Of a stretch of DNA of 64,000 nt, positions 1 through 11,696 are shown in pieces (the stretch's first letter is position 1; each line of letters begins with the position of its first letter). This DNA comes from Chiloscyllium plagiosum (taxonomy: Eukaryota): positions 31,519,479 to 31,583,478 of the forward strand of contig NC_057718.1 in assembly GCF_004010195.1 (NCBI RefSeq). The letters are read 5' to 3'. A model generated the notes under the pieces. The model saw nothing but the letters and a program-made list of their open reading frames with translations. It was not told the origin of the DNA and did not search any database. A program made the position numbers and the translations under genes.

Positions 1-122
1 TGAATCAGAAAACTTCCTTGCACACTCTTTAAAAAATCCTCTCCATCCAAGCCCTGAACACTGTGGCAGTCCCAGTCTATGTTTGGAAAATTACAGTCCC
101 CTACCATAACCACCCTATTATT
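1..122 (-). mobile_element. CR1 LINE ORF2 fragment (APE endonuclease region)
   Basis: Minus strand reads NNRVVMVGDCNFPNIDWDCHSVQGLDGEDFLKSVQGSFLI, matching the GDFN.P.IDW motif of CR1 endonucleases. Confidence 0.85.
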
Positions 123-139
123 CTTACAAATTTGTTTCT

Positions 140-265
140 CATAAACTGGAGTGTCAGAGGTTCTGTTCACTCTGAGAGCTGGCTCTGAAGAAGCTGGACC
201 AGTGTCAAGGACTCCCCACATGTAAATAAAGAGTGACTTGGTGATGGGATACTGGCTTCTGAGAA
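140..265 (+). mobile_element. Probable LTR 3' fragment (R/U5-like)
   Basis: ctgagagctggctctga...tgtaaataaagagtgacttggtgatgggatac with AATAAA; resembles shark Gypsy-type LTR ends from memory, no second LTR seen. Confidence 0.4.
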
Positions 266-354
266 GAATGTTAGAAATACTCAACCCATCAGGTAGCAAC
301 TCTGGAGTCAGAAATGGAAGTAACAGTTTGGGTCAATAATCTTTCATCAGAACA

Positions 355-535
355 CAAAACCAGATTATCTCGTCATTATCGTGGTGCTGATTGTTGATGT
401 TGCTGTGTGCTAACGAGCTGTTGCATTTCCTCTATTTCAACACCGGCAATAATTCCAAAGTACTTCACTGGCTATAAAGTGCTTTGAGACTCCCTGAGGC
501 TGTAGAAATTAAGACATTAATGTAGGCTCTTCCTT
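355..535 (+). mobile_element. DeuSINE-type (SacSINE1/AmnSINE1-like) SINE 3' half
   Basis: cagattatctcgtcattatc...aaagtacttcactggctataaagtgctttgaga matches the Deu-SINE body end and L2-derived tail. Confidence 0.65.
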
Positions 536-877
536 TCATTTAGCAAATTCCAGCTTATCCTTAAATTAGATAATAATTTTGGATATTTTTGAACGTCTTT
601 TGGATTAGTCTAGCTAACAAGCTGAAAGAGAAATAATAAGTGAAGGCAGTTGGAAGGGTAGTCTTGTGGTTGAACTACAGCAGAGGCAAAAAGGCATTTG
701 CCAGCTACTTTGTGCTATGGAACCTAACGAGGTGTCATTTACTTTGCTAATGCAGTCAGTCCTGTGCAAAGTGAACTGTAATCCAGCACGAGTCCGAGCT
801 GATTAAGTATACAAGGGAACTGCACCTTAATGAGTAAAAAAAAATGAAGTAAACTATTGAGGGGGACCCCTGTCTCA

Positions 878-1300
878 AACAACAACAACTTGTATTTATG
901 TAGCCTTATTAACGTAGAGAAATATCTGAAGGTGATTCACAGGTGCATTATAAAACAAGGTATAACACTGAGGCCCAGGAGATAATAGATTAGATAACTA
1001 AAACCTTAGTCAAAAACCTGTGCCTAAAATGAGGAAAGTTAGAGAGGGACAGAGGTGTAGGGAGGGAATTCCTGAATTTAGAACCTCAGGTCTGGAAGCA
1101 CAACCACCATTGGTGGAGTCAGTATCACTGGAATGCTCAAAGGTCAGAATTAGAGGTGCACAAATATCCCAGAGCGTGGTGGGCTTGGAGGAACGCATAA
1201 GATAGTGAGGGACGAGTCCATGCAGGGATTTCAAAACACAAATGACATTTTAAAACCAAAATAATGCTTGATTGGGAGCCTTGTGGGTTAGTGAGCACAG
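878..1300 (-). mobile_element. L2 LINE 3' end, decayed
   Basis: aacaacaacaacttgtatttatgtagcc tail (reverse complement) followed by typical L2 3' body (agggagggaattcc...accaccattggtggag). Confidence 0.65.
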
Positions 1301-1404
1301 CATCCACCTGAAATTCTCAGGCCATTCAGTGTGGCATCTTTGTAACTGACTTCAACAGGATAGAAAATTATTAGAAAAGTGAATTAGTGCAGATACTACA
1401 ATAA

Positions 1405-1600
1405 GGACAGAGAATGCTGTAAATTACACCCCCCTCCCCCGGTTTGGCAGCATCTGTGGAGAGAGCAGCAACACAAATATTTTAGATCTGAGTCCTTTCA
1501 TCACAACCTGATGGATACAGACCTGAAACATTCACTCTGTCTCTCTCTCTCTCTCCACAGATGCCAAATCTGTTATGTATTTTCAGTATTCTTGTTTTTC
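1405..1600. mobile_element. Short palindromic Penelope-derived non-autonomous element
   Basis: Inverted arms ggcagcatctgtggagagag / ctctctccacagatgcc around a degenerate ttcatca..ctgatg..gaaac core; related copies at 25200, 34538, 35420, 40110, 40495. Confidence 0.6.
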
Positions 1601-1869
1601 ATTATGGAATCAGCATATTTTAGGTGATTTCAGTAAGGGTGGGTTTTGCAGGAGTACTTTTTCCCTCCTGTAATTTTCTGAATCCATTGACTCACACCTG
1701 GGTATTTGTAAAGCTATCCATCAACTCTCCAAAATCTCATCAAAGTGAGCATCCTTCATGCTTGGGCATAGAAGGGGAGAACCATAAGCCCATAAGACAT
1801 TGGAATAAAAGTAGATCATTCAGTCCATCAAGTCTACTCCGTCATTCATTGAGATCATGGCTGGTAGGT

Positions 1870-2075
1870 ATGATATGGAGGTGCTGGTATTGGACTGGGG
1901 TGGACAAACTTAAAAATCATACAACACCAGGTCATAGTCCAACAAGTTTATTTGAAAGTCCAAGCTTTTGGAGCGCTTCTCCTTCATCAGGTAGCTAGTT
2001 GGGCAGGATCATAGGGCACAGAATTTATAGCAAAAGGTCATAGTGTCATACAACTGATGCGATATATTAAGCAAC
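1870..2075 (-). mobile_element. Penelope-like element terminus (pLTR) with mutated hammerhead motif
   Basis: Minus strand CTGATGA-AGGAG-aagcg-CTCC-AAAAG-CTT at 1962-1990; inserted next to a CR1 3' tail fragment (1780-1865). Confidence 0.65.
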
Positions 2076-2172
2076 ATTCCTAATGAAGGGCTAATGCCAG
2101 AAACGTTGATTCCCCTGCTCCTCGGATGCTGTCTGACCTGCTGTGCTTTTCCAGCGCCACACTGTTTGACTG
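2076..2172 (+). mobile_element. Penelope-like element terminus, family related to 12478/26576 copies
   Basis: ttcctaatgaagggctaatgccagaaacgttgattcccctgctcctcggatgctg is the reverse complement of the segment in the 26576 element. Confidence 0.75.
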
Positions 2173-4014
2173 GGTTAATATGTTGTTTAATTAATGTTTA
2201 TCATTAACCAGCCACTACCCAAACCAATTCTGGTCCCTCTTCAGGTTGGCAGCTAACCGAAACTGTCAATGAAAGTGATAAATTGCCAAGGGGAAGATCT
2301 AGTTGGTCATGTTCTGTCAAATCTGCAGTGTCTTATTTCAGGTCATCTCTCCATCGATTCCAGATGTTTAGGGTTAATCAGAGAAGTCATTACAGATAGA
2401 AACAAAGTACAGTACTGTGTTATGGGTTTCAATAAAAAGCTTTTAAAACACCCAGGGAAATGTATACCATGATCATAGACAGGCCTGCTCTTTCCTCATA
2501 AAATTCTACCTACCTTGTTAGCCAGAAGGCAACAGATACTAAATAATTGTCAAAGTCTATACTATTGGTGGCAAGAAGGAAAGAGCACAAGCAAAAGAGA
2601 GACAGATAGACAGAGAGATTATTTGCTCTGATTAGACTGTGATACATTGGGTCAGAGATCCACTGCTCCTTTCTAGTCTTGCACCAAAGACTGAATTGAC
2701 TCATATTAGCAGGAGACGTATCTTATTACTAACATAACAATGACTGTTTCTAGACTGTGCTATTCAGTCCCTTGGGTGGCCCCACCATCATACAAAAAGG
2801 ATAGAGCTTCATGCTTATTTTTCCTTCATCGTATATAATACTATATTGAATTTTTGTTTCAATCTTCAACAGACATAATACTTTGTGATAATGATTTTCC
2901 CATCCTGGGATTGCATGACAATATTGTCTTTCAAATACTGGATAAACTAATCAGATGAGGTGAGCATGCCTGGAGCAATGAAATAAAGAAATTACCACTA
3001 AATGAATTATGCATGAGCCAGCTTTAGATCTAATGATGAACTGTGATAATGTAGTGCCTCTTCCAGTGCTTTCTTATCACCTTCATCTATCTCAGTGCCT
3101 TCCTGTTGCAAAGTGGAGCAGATTGCATCTCTTGTTTATTTAGTATCCTCCACACAACCCCCCACCTTGGCTGCATGCACCTGCAGAGTTTATGATCTAT
3201 TCAAAAGTGGCTCCATTGTTCATAGCATCTCAACACAGAACAAATCAGAGGATCGAAAGTTATAGGGGTTGAAGCGATGTGGACTAAGGTGAACTGCACA
3301 GCAGAACCGGACAAAAGGTTCAGCGACTTCAGGAACATCTTTTGCACTAACTTTTATCCTTTCCGTTAGCACGCGGTGAGTTTCTCTCAAGGCAGCAGTG
3401 AGTTCCCAATTGATGATTATTCTTCGTTAAATGCACTGTTAACAGCCCAACTCGGCTCATTAATATTCAGCCTCCCATCTTACCAAAGTCACCAAACAAG
3501 CTCAGCATCTGGAAAACTCAACATGGAAACCAAAGTGAGCACCTGAGGAATCCAGCTTGCTCCTTGTTCTGAGCAATCTGCATGTTGGAAACTGGGCAAA
3601 AATGTCTCAGGGCATGCACCATTGGCATAGGCCGTGTGCGTCCCATGTTCACACATATTGGCATCTGATATGTGCCAGACTCTAAGAACCCTCATGTTAC
3701 ATCAAGGCCAATGTGTGCTCACAGACACATATCCAGCTCATGGACTGGACTAGGCTGTATGCCAGGGCTGTATGTCATAGTGCTCACTCAGTTAGCCTAT
3801 GTGGATGCTTATGGAATCCCTTCCTCATATTGCCTTGCCTTTTTGCTTCTGCCCCTCAGTTAGAGATACCAGTCTCATGTTACTTCTGTCTTTGTCTGCC
3901 ATTTAGTACAGACACAAAGCCTCAAGGTCTGTCACTGTTTTCATCAGGCCTCAGTCAAGTCAAAAGGGATAGCCTTCACTCATTGGTTCCCAATACAATA
4001 AATCAAAGGTATCT

Positions 4015-4620
4015 CCAAAATCAATCCAGGGGCCTGCTCAAAGTGATCAGAGTCAGGATTATCTCCTCATAAAGGGTGAGGAGTGAAATAATGGACAGCA
4101 GACACCTTTTTTCCCCTATTCTGGGTTGTTTTCCCTCATGGAATGAGAGATAGGCAAGTATGAAAGAAAGTGGATGGCACAGCTGTGATTGGTGCTTGTG
4201 GAGAACTATGCCAAGCGAGTGAGTAAGCAGCACTGAGGGGTACGCTGGGTCTGTGGACATCACAGTGGGTGAGATTAAGTGGGCAAGACTTTGCAGGGAG
4301 TAACACAAGTGGGTGAGCATGAGCATTGGTGGGAGGTGGTTACAGTGGCAGTGATAGAGTGAGTCTGAGATATCTGAGAGAAGAAGGTGGTGGTGCTTAC
4401 CCTGGTGGATTAGAAAAGAACATTGACTTTCTTCCCACAGTGCTGGAAATAGCTCCAGAGAGCTGAGAATGCTTTAAACCGGTGGCAACCTTGGACCAGG
4501 CTGGCAAAGTTGGTTGTCATGACCTCCACTGCTACTGCTGGGGGAGGAGGAAGTGCTGTGTTGGCATTGCCCTATCAGCAGGGCACTATTTCCCCTTGTT
4601 TGCCACCTCTGGGGCAAATG
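4015..4620 (-). pseudogene. Decayed PIF/Harbinger-type Myb/SANT DNA-binding protein gene (two exon remnants)
   Basis: Minus strand ...PTLPAWSKVATG...QHCGKKVNVLF*STR|gtaagc (donor at 4400), then a second segment ...LLTLYEEIILTLI resembling the LTP.EE..L.L motif of NAIF1/MSANTD-like proteins; stops and frameshifts present. Confidence 0.55.
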
Positions 4621-6407
4621 TCAGCAACTGTACAGGGCAGTTCCAAATTGACAATGATTGTCTGGGTGCACAACAGACTTTTAAAGATGGCACAGGTGTA
4701 AGAGAATCCAGTATTTCAGCAGATAAGTGGCAAGTTGTTCCAAGAATGGTGCTTGGTAAAATGGGGAAGGAATTGGACATGAGATGCCTAGGGGCATGGT
4801 AAGTCATTAATGGGGTGGATTTGGTGAGGTACAGTGAATCAACTTGTAAGGCCTTATGGCAATAAACTTGTCAATAACTTAGTCAAAATGGGTAAGATTT
4901 AGCTCCTAATGTGAGAGTCAGGAACTTGTGGAGGAACTATTAACGTAAAGATATTTATGAGCAGTAATGTTGTCAGCATTATGAATTTGTAGGTGGGAGA
5001 AGATTATGTGTTTAAGCATTGTGTAACATACTTGTGAGATACTCAGATGCAAGGTGAACTGTGCATGATTGAGGTTCATGCCTGTAGCTTTTTCTGAAGT
5101 CCCAATTATACTGTTAGTCATGAATGAAATTTGCACTGTTGCAGTTAGTGAAAATCTATGTTTATTTTGTTGTGGTTCTGACCAGATACTATCCCCAATG
5201 TCATGGGAAGATCAATACTAACTGGCAATGTTTCCCCTACAGCTAGACTCTGAAATGACAGAGCTGACTGTGATCCAAGAATACTCACTGCACCAATTAA
5301 TTGATTTAGTTTTTAAAAGCCATTCAATCCCAAGGCCACACCTGTTTATGTATAATACTTTTGGTGGGCCATTTCCAATGAGGATTCAATAACTCCACCA
5401 CAGTTTTTGGTGCATGCATCTTGCAAGAAATCAACAGACCAACTTGCTCCACTGCTTGTGATAGACCTGTAACTATCAATATTTTAGCTTAACTGTCCCT
5501 ATTAAAAAAACTATCATGGAGGACAAAGACCATAGGCATTTTTTTACATTATAATTGTGCAGTCAGTGGACATGACTTTCATTCCATTAACTGCACTACA
5601 CAGTAGAAAGCTTTTGCCTGGAAGAGAATCAAAATCATGATCATGTCAACAACTTTGCCATTAGAGCAAGTGCCTCTGGTTGTGGGAACTTTAACCTAGG
5701 AATCCAATTCCATGCACCTGCACTTCTTTGCAATTAGAGATCCTTGTATTACACAGGAGAGCCCAATAGACCTTTTGAGATTGGGAGTTCCAGACAAATC
5801 CTTGTGGCAGAGCACAGAGGTCATTTTCCCAGCCCCCTCAAAAAGCAAATAATGAAAACACCTTGTATAAGAACACTAGTGCATTCTTCTGAAAGTACAG
5901 CCAGACATAATGAGAACATTTCAGCTGCCCAACAGGACACTATATTGCAACTTTTACTTATCATTGTGATTTATTAAGGTCCTAATCACGCTACTACACT
6001 TACTCATTTAGATCTGTAGAATCCATTTGCTAATTGCGAGAGAGAGATGTACTCTTTTTAGTTTTGTTAAATAATCAGTAGCAGTTGACTGCAGACCCTG
6101 CCATCAGAGCTGGGAATGCACTCAAGTGTGTAAACACACCTCTGTGGCCACCTGGGATGCTTTAAAAGCTGGGGCTGGTTATGACAATAATCTCACTGCT
6201 TTCTGACACATTCCAAATGGTGAAAATATTACTTGGAAGTATTTCAAACATTTCTGATGTGACGTCTTAAACCCTATGTTTAGATCTGTTTCTGAGAACT
6301 GTCTATGGTGTCTGATTTGTTGAGGAGGTTGACGGAAGCTGATTTGCATTTCAGCTCGTCCTAGGCTCATGTGAAAGGAGAGATTTACTTCTTTCTCCTT
6401 ATGCAAG

Positions 6408-6545
6408 GCGTCAGACATAGTGTCCTTCCAGAGATAAAAATAACTTTACTGGAAATTTTAAGTAAGGAAGAAGATATTAAAAATACACAAGAGCCCGGTG
6501 AACAACAGAAAGGGAAAATAAATTTTGGTTGCAGACCAAATCGGG
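6408..6545 (+). CDS. Candidate host exon (138 nt, phase 1-1), product unidentified
   Basis: Polypyrimidine tract tttacttctttctccttatgcaag|, open frame (G)VRHSVLPEIKITLLEILSKEEDIKNTQEPGEQQKGKINFGCRPNR, donor G|gttagt; in-frame ATG at 6401; locally CpG-rich unique DNA. Confidence 0.3.
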
Positions 6546-7170
6546 GTTAGTCTTAAGCTTTGCTACCTAAAATATTTATCGACTGGGGTCCTCGATTTGT
6601 GAACATCCGACTTATGTGCGCTCATACATGTGTATGGGATCCCACACATAAGATCATTGTAAAAACCCAACACACAAACATTTCCTGTACTTATGAGCGG
6701 CTGTTTTACATTGTCCTGCATTATGTTCTGAATTGCATACACATCAACTTGCCAGTGGAACCCTTTTGCAACCCAGAGACAGCCTGTACTGGTTTCTTTC
6801 CAGATGGTGGTTGATCCTATATGTCTTTGCCAGCATTTCCATTAATATTTTATGAAATTTATTCCATTGAAGAGTAAATGTAACCCTCCCAAGCTCTAAT
6901 ATTATGAGATGGTGCCACAATGTTTTAGCATCGACTTTAAAGATTTACTTCCTTGGGGTGAATCCCTATTTGGATCAACATGTCACTGAATTTATTCTCT
7001 CATATTAATTGACAAAAATTAGTTTTGTTTTAAAACAAGATATTTCTTACGTATTTGAAAATATTCCCATTTCAAATTCACGGGTTACACACAATACTTC
7101 ACATCAAATTGTCTGTTTAAACTAAGTTTTCCTTCTAGTTTTCTCCTTTTCTTCTTTACTTGGCAATAAG

Positions 7171-7218
7171 GTGACCATACGTCAAAGAAAGAAATATGCC
7201 ATGGAATGTTATATAAAG
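7171..7218 (+). CDS. Candidate host exon (48 nt), product unidentified
   Basis: Long pyrimidine tract then aataag|, consensus donor AAG|gtaagt; open as (G)DHTSKKEICHGMLYK (phase 1) or VTIRQRKKYAMECYIK (phase 0). Confidence 0.35.
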
Positions 7219-7289
7219 GTAAGTTATTTCTTCTGTCAAGGTGCTGACCCATACAAAGGTCACATGGTCTTTCTCCACCTTATGAGGTC

Positions 7290-7519
7290 AGACATCAGCC
7301 CCTCATCTTGTTATTGAGAGGAAGGGGACACAGTATAAAAGTAAGGGATTTCCTATTTACGACAGAGATAAGGAAAATCATTTTCACTCAGAGGGCTTTG
7401 AGTCTCTGGAATTCAGTCTGGGCAGAAATATTGAATATTTTAAGGCTAAGTTAGATAGATTCTTCACTAACAAGGAGGTGAAATGGTGCCAGGGTTGGAA
7501 GGAAAGTAATAAGATCAGC
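7290..7519 (+). mobile_element. Old CR1 3' end into which the 7520 element inserted
   Basis: agggggacacagt..gacagagataaggaaaatcattttcactcagaggg..ttaaggctaagttagatagattc = CR1 C-terminus/3'UTR. Confidence 0.7.
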
Positions 7520-10500
7520 TCCAGTTCTTCACAGACCGCGTTAGGGAACTGGAGCTGGAGTTGGATGAACTGAGGATTATTTGAGAGGCTGAGAGGGTGA
7601 TAGATAGAAGCTACAGCGACATAGTTACGCCAGAGAACAGAGGTAGCTGGGTAACAGTTAGAGATGGGAAGGGGAAGAAGCAGGCAGTGCAGGGATCCCC
7701 TGTGGTCGTTCCCCTCAACAATAAGTATACCACTTTGGATACTGTTTGGGGGGATGGCCTAGCAGGGGTTAGCTGCAGTGACCGGGTCTCTGGCACGAGG
7801 TCCGGCTCCGAGGCCCAGAAGGGAAAGTGGGAGAGGAGGAGAGCGCTAGTTATAGGAGACTCTATAGGTAGAGGGACAGACAGGCGGTTCTGTGGACATG
7901 GGCGAGACTCTCGGATGGTTTGTTGCCTCCCGGGTGCCAGGGTCCGAGACATCTCGGACCATGTCTTCAGAATCCTTAAGGGGGAGGGTGTGCAGCCAGA
8001 AGTCGTGATGCACATTGGCACCAACGACATAGGTAGGAAGAGGGGTGGGGAGGTCATTCAGGAGCTCAGGGAGTTAAGCTGGAAGCTATAAGCTAGGACG
8101 GACAGAGTCGTCATCTCTGGGTTGTTGCCAGTGCCGCGTGACAGCAAGGAATAGGGAGAGAATGCAGTTGAACACGGGGCTACAAGGATGGTGTAGGAGG
8201 GAGGGCTTCAGGTATTTGGACAATTGGACTGCATTCTGGGGAAGGTGGGACCTGTACAAGCAGGACGGGTTGCACCTGAACCAGAAGGGCACTAATATCC
8301 TGGGAGGTAAGTTTGCTAGCCCTCTTCGGGGGGGTTTAAACTAATTTGGCAGGGGGATGGGATCCGGACTTGTAGTCCAGCAAGTAGGCTAGCTGTTTGT
8401 CAGGATGTCCAAGTATGTGGGGAGGCTGTGAAGAAGGTAGCACTGACAGGGAATACTTACGGACACAGAGATGGGTTCAAGTGTGTATACTTCAACACAA
8501 GGAGTATCAGAAATAAGGCGTGGATCGGTACCTGGGACTACGATGTTGTGGCCATCACAGAAANNNNNNNNNNNNNNNNNNNNNNNNNNNNNNNNNNNNN
8601 NNNNNNNNNNNNNNNNNNNNNNNNNNNNNNNNNNNNNNNNNNNNNNNNNNNNNNNNNNNNNNNNNNNNNNNNNNNNNNNNNNNNNNNNNNNNNNNNNNNN
8701 NNNNNNNNNNNNNNNNNNNNNNNNNNNNNNNNNNNNNNNNNNNNNNNNNNNNNNNNNNNNNNNNNNNNNNNNNNNNNNNNNNNNNNNNNNNNNNNNNNNN
8801 NNNNNNNNNNNNNNNNNNNNNNNNNNNNNNNNNNNNNNNNNNNNNNNNNNNNNNNNNNNNNNNNNNNNNNNNNNNNNNNNNNNNNNNNNNNNNNNNNNNN
8901 NNNNNNNNNNNNNNNNNNNNNNNNNNNNNNNNNNNNNNNNNNNNNNNNNNNNNNNNNNNNNNNNNNNNNNNNNNNNNNNNNNNNNNNNNNNNNNNNNNNN
9001 NNNNNNNNNNNNNNNNNNNNNNNNNNNNNNNNNNNNNNNNNNNNNNNNNNNNNNNNNNNNNNNNNNNNNNNNNNNNNNNNNNNNNNNNNNNNNNNNNNNN
9101 NNNNNNNNNNNNNNNNNNNNNNNNNNNNNNNNNNNNNNNNNNNNNNNNNNNNNNNNNNNNNNNNNNNNNNNNNNNNNNNNNNNNNNNNNNNNNNNNNNNN
9201 NNNNNNNNNNNNNNNNNNNNNNNNNNNNNNNNNNNNNNNNNNNNNNNNNNNNNNNNNNNNNNNNNNNNNNNNNNNNNNNNNNNNNNNNNNNNNNNNNNNN
9301 NNNNNNNNNNNNNNNNNNNNNNNNNNNNNNNNNNNNNNNNNNNNNNNNNNNNNNNNNNNNNNNNNNGAGGGTAGGTCTGATCAAGGACAGTAGTGGGAGA
9401 CTGTGTATTGAGTCGGAAGAGATAGGAGAGGTCTTGAATGAGTACTTTTCTTCAGTATTTACAAATGAGAGGGACCATATTGTTGAAGAGGAGAGTATGA
9501 AACGGAATGGTAAGCTAGAGGAGATATTGGTTAGGAAGGAAGATGTGTTGGGCATGTTGAAAAACTTGAGGATAGACAAGTTCCCCCGGACCTGACAGGA
9601 TATATCCTAGAATTATGTGGGAAGCAAGAGAGGAAATTGCAGAGCCATTGGCAATGATCTTTTCGTCTTCACTGTCAACGGGGGTGGTACCAGGGGACTG
9701 GAGAGTGGCGAATGTTGTGCCCCTGTTCAAAAAAGGGAATAGGGATAACCCTGGGAATTACAGGCCAGTTAGTTTTACTTCGGTGGTAGGCAAAGTAATG
9801 GAAAGGGTACTGTGGGATAGGATTTATGAGTATCTGGAAAGACACTGCTTGATTAGAGACAGCCAGCACGGATTTGTGAGGGGTAGGTCTTGCTTTACAA
9901 GTCTTATTGAATTCTTTGAGGAGATGATGAAGCATGTGGATGGGGGTAGAGCAGTGAATGTAATGTACATGGATTTTAGTAAGGCATTTGATAAGGTTCC
10001 CCATGGTAGGCTTATGCAGAAAGTCAGGAGGCATGGGATAGTGGGAAATTTGGCAGTTGGATAGAGAACTGGCTAACCGGTCGAAGTGGTGGTAGATGGT
10101 AAATATTTAGTCTGGAGCCCAGTTACAAGTGAAGTTCCGCAGGGATCAGTTCTGGGTCCTCTGCTGTTTGTAATTTTTATTAATGACTTGGAAGAGGGAG
10201 TTGAAGGGTGAGTCAGTAAATTTGCAGATGATACGAAGATTGGTGGAGTTGTGGATAGTGAGGATGGCTGTTGTCGACTGCAAAGGGACTTAGATATGAT
10301 GCAGAGCTGGGCTGAGGAGTGGCAGTTGGAGTACAACCCTGTCAAGTGTGAGGTTGTCCATTTTGGAAGGACAAATAAGAATGCGGAATACAGGGTTAAC
10401 GGTAGGGTTCTTAGTAAGGTGGAGGAGCAGAGGGATCTTGGGGTCTATGTTCATAGCTCTTTGAAAGTTGCCACTCAGGTGGATAGAGCTTGTAAGAAGG

Positions 10501-11432
10501 CCTATGGTGTATTAGCATTCATTAGCAGAGGGATTGAACTCAAGAGTCGTGAGGTGATGTTGCAGCTGTACAGGACCATGGTAAGGCCACATTTGGAGTA
10601 CTGTGTGCAGTCCTGGTTGCCTCACTTTAGAAAAGATGTGGAAGTTTTGGAGAGGGTGCAGAGGAGATTTACCAGGAAGTTGCCTGGAATGGAGAATAGG
10701 TCNNNNNNNNNNNNNNNNNNNNNNNNNNNNNNNNNNNNNNNNNNNNNNNNNNNNNNNNNNNNNNNNNNNNNNNNNNNNNNNNNNNNNNNNNNNNNNNNNN
10801 NNNNNNNNNNNNNNNNNNNNNNNNNNNNNNNNNNNNNNNNNNNNNNNNNNNNNNNNNNNNNNNNNNNNNNNNNNNNNNNNNNNNNNNNNNNNNNNNNNNN
10901 NNNNNNNNNNNNNNNNNNNNNNNNNNNNNNNNNNNNNNNNNNNNNNNNNNNNNNNNNNNNNNNNNNNNNNNNNNNNNNNNNNNNNNNNNNNNNNNNNNNN
11001 NNNNNNNNNNNNNNNNNNNNNNNNNNNNNNNNNNNNNNNNNNNNNNNNNNNNNNNNNNNNNNNNNNNNNNNNNNNNNNNNNNNNNNNNNNNNNNNNNNNN
11101 NNNNNNNNNNNNNNNNNNNNNNNNNNNNNNNNNNNNNNNNNNNNNNNNNNNNNNNNNNNNNNNNNNNNNNNNNNNNNNNNNNNNNNNNNNNNNNNNNNNN
11201 NNNNNNNNNNNNNNNNNNNNNNNNNNNNNNNNNNNNNNNNNNNNNNNNNNNNNNNNNNNNNNNNNNNNNNNNNNNNNNNNNNNNNNNNNNNNNNNNNNNN
11301 NNNNNNNNNNNNNNNNNTGACCTTTAAGTGGCAATTGGATAGATACATGGATAGGTGCTTAAGCTAGGACAAATGTTCGGCACAACATCATGGGCCGAAG
11401 GGCCTGTTCTGTGCTGTATTGTTCTATGTTCT
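7520..11432 (+). mobile_element. Near-full-length CR1 LINE (ORF1 SGNH esterase; ORF2 APE + RT), frameshifted
   Basis: ORF1 motifs VIGDS, CLPGA, HIGTND, DGLHL (7597-8344); ORF2 [41 protein letters not shown]; (tgttcta)n tail; 6-bp flanking duplication atcagc at 7514-7519 and 11433-11438. Confidence 0.95.
8564..9366. other. Assembly gap (others: 10703-11317, 12725-13531, 26876-26901, 28822-29187, 62409-62847)
   Basis: Runs of N; all lie inside or between young retroelement copies. Confidence 1.
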
Positions 11433-11437
11433 ATCAG

Positions 11438-11696
11438 CCATCCCTGTTTCTTATTTATTTGCTCATAGTATGTATCACCATCAAACTTGATGCTGTCCTC
11501 AGTCAATAATTATATAGGTCCAGGTTTCAGTGGAAATCATTAACCAGTGATCAGAAATGGGAAACTCAACCCATCCCTGTTTCTTATTTATTTGCTCATA
11601 GTATGTATCACCTTGATGCTGTCCTCAGTCAATAATTATATAGGTCCAGGTTTCAGTGGAAATCATTAACCAGTGATCAGAAATGGGAAACTCAAC
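11438..11696. repeat. Tandem duplication, 133 nt + 126 nt
   Basis: 11438-11570 and 11571-11696 are identical apart from a 7-nt indel (atcaaac). Confidence 0.95.

Noticed and set aside
7597..8344. SGNH/GDSL esterase as a metabolic or horizontally acquired gene
   Set aside because: Esterase domains are an established part of CR1 ORF1; it sits directly upstream of ORF2 in several copies
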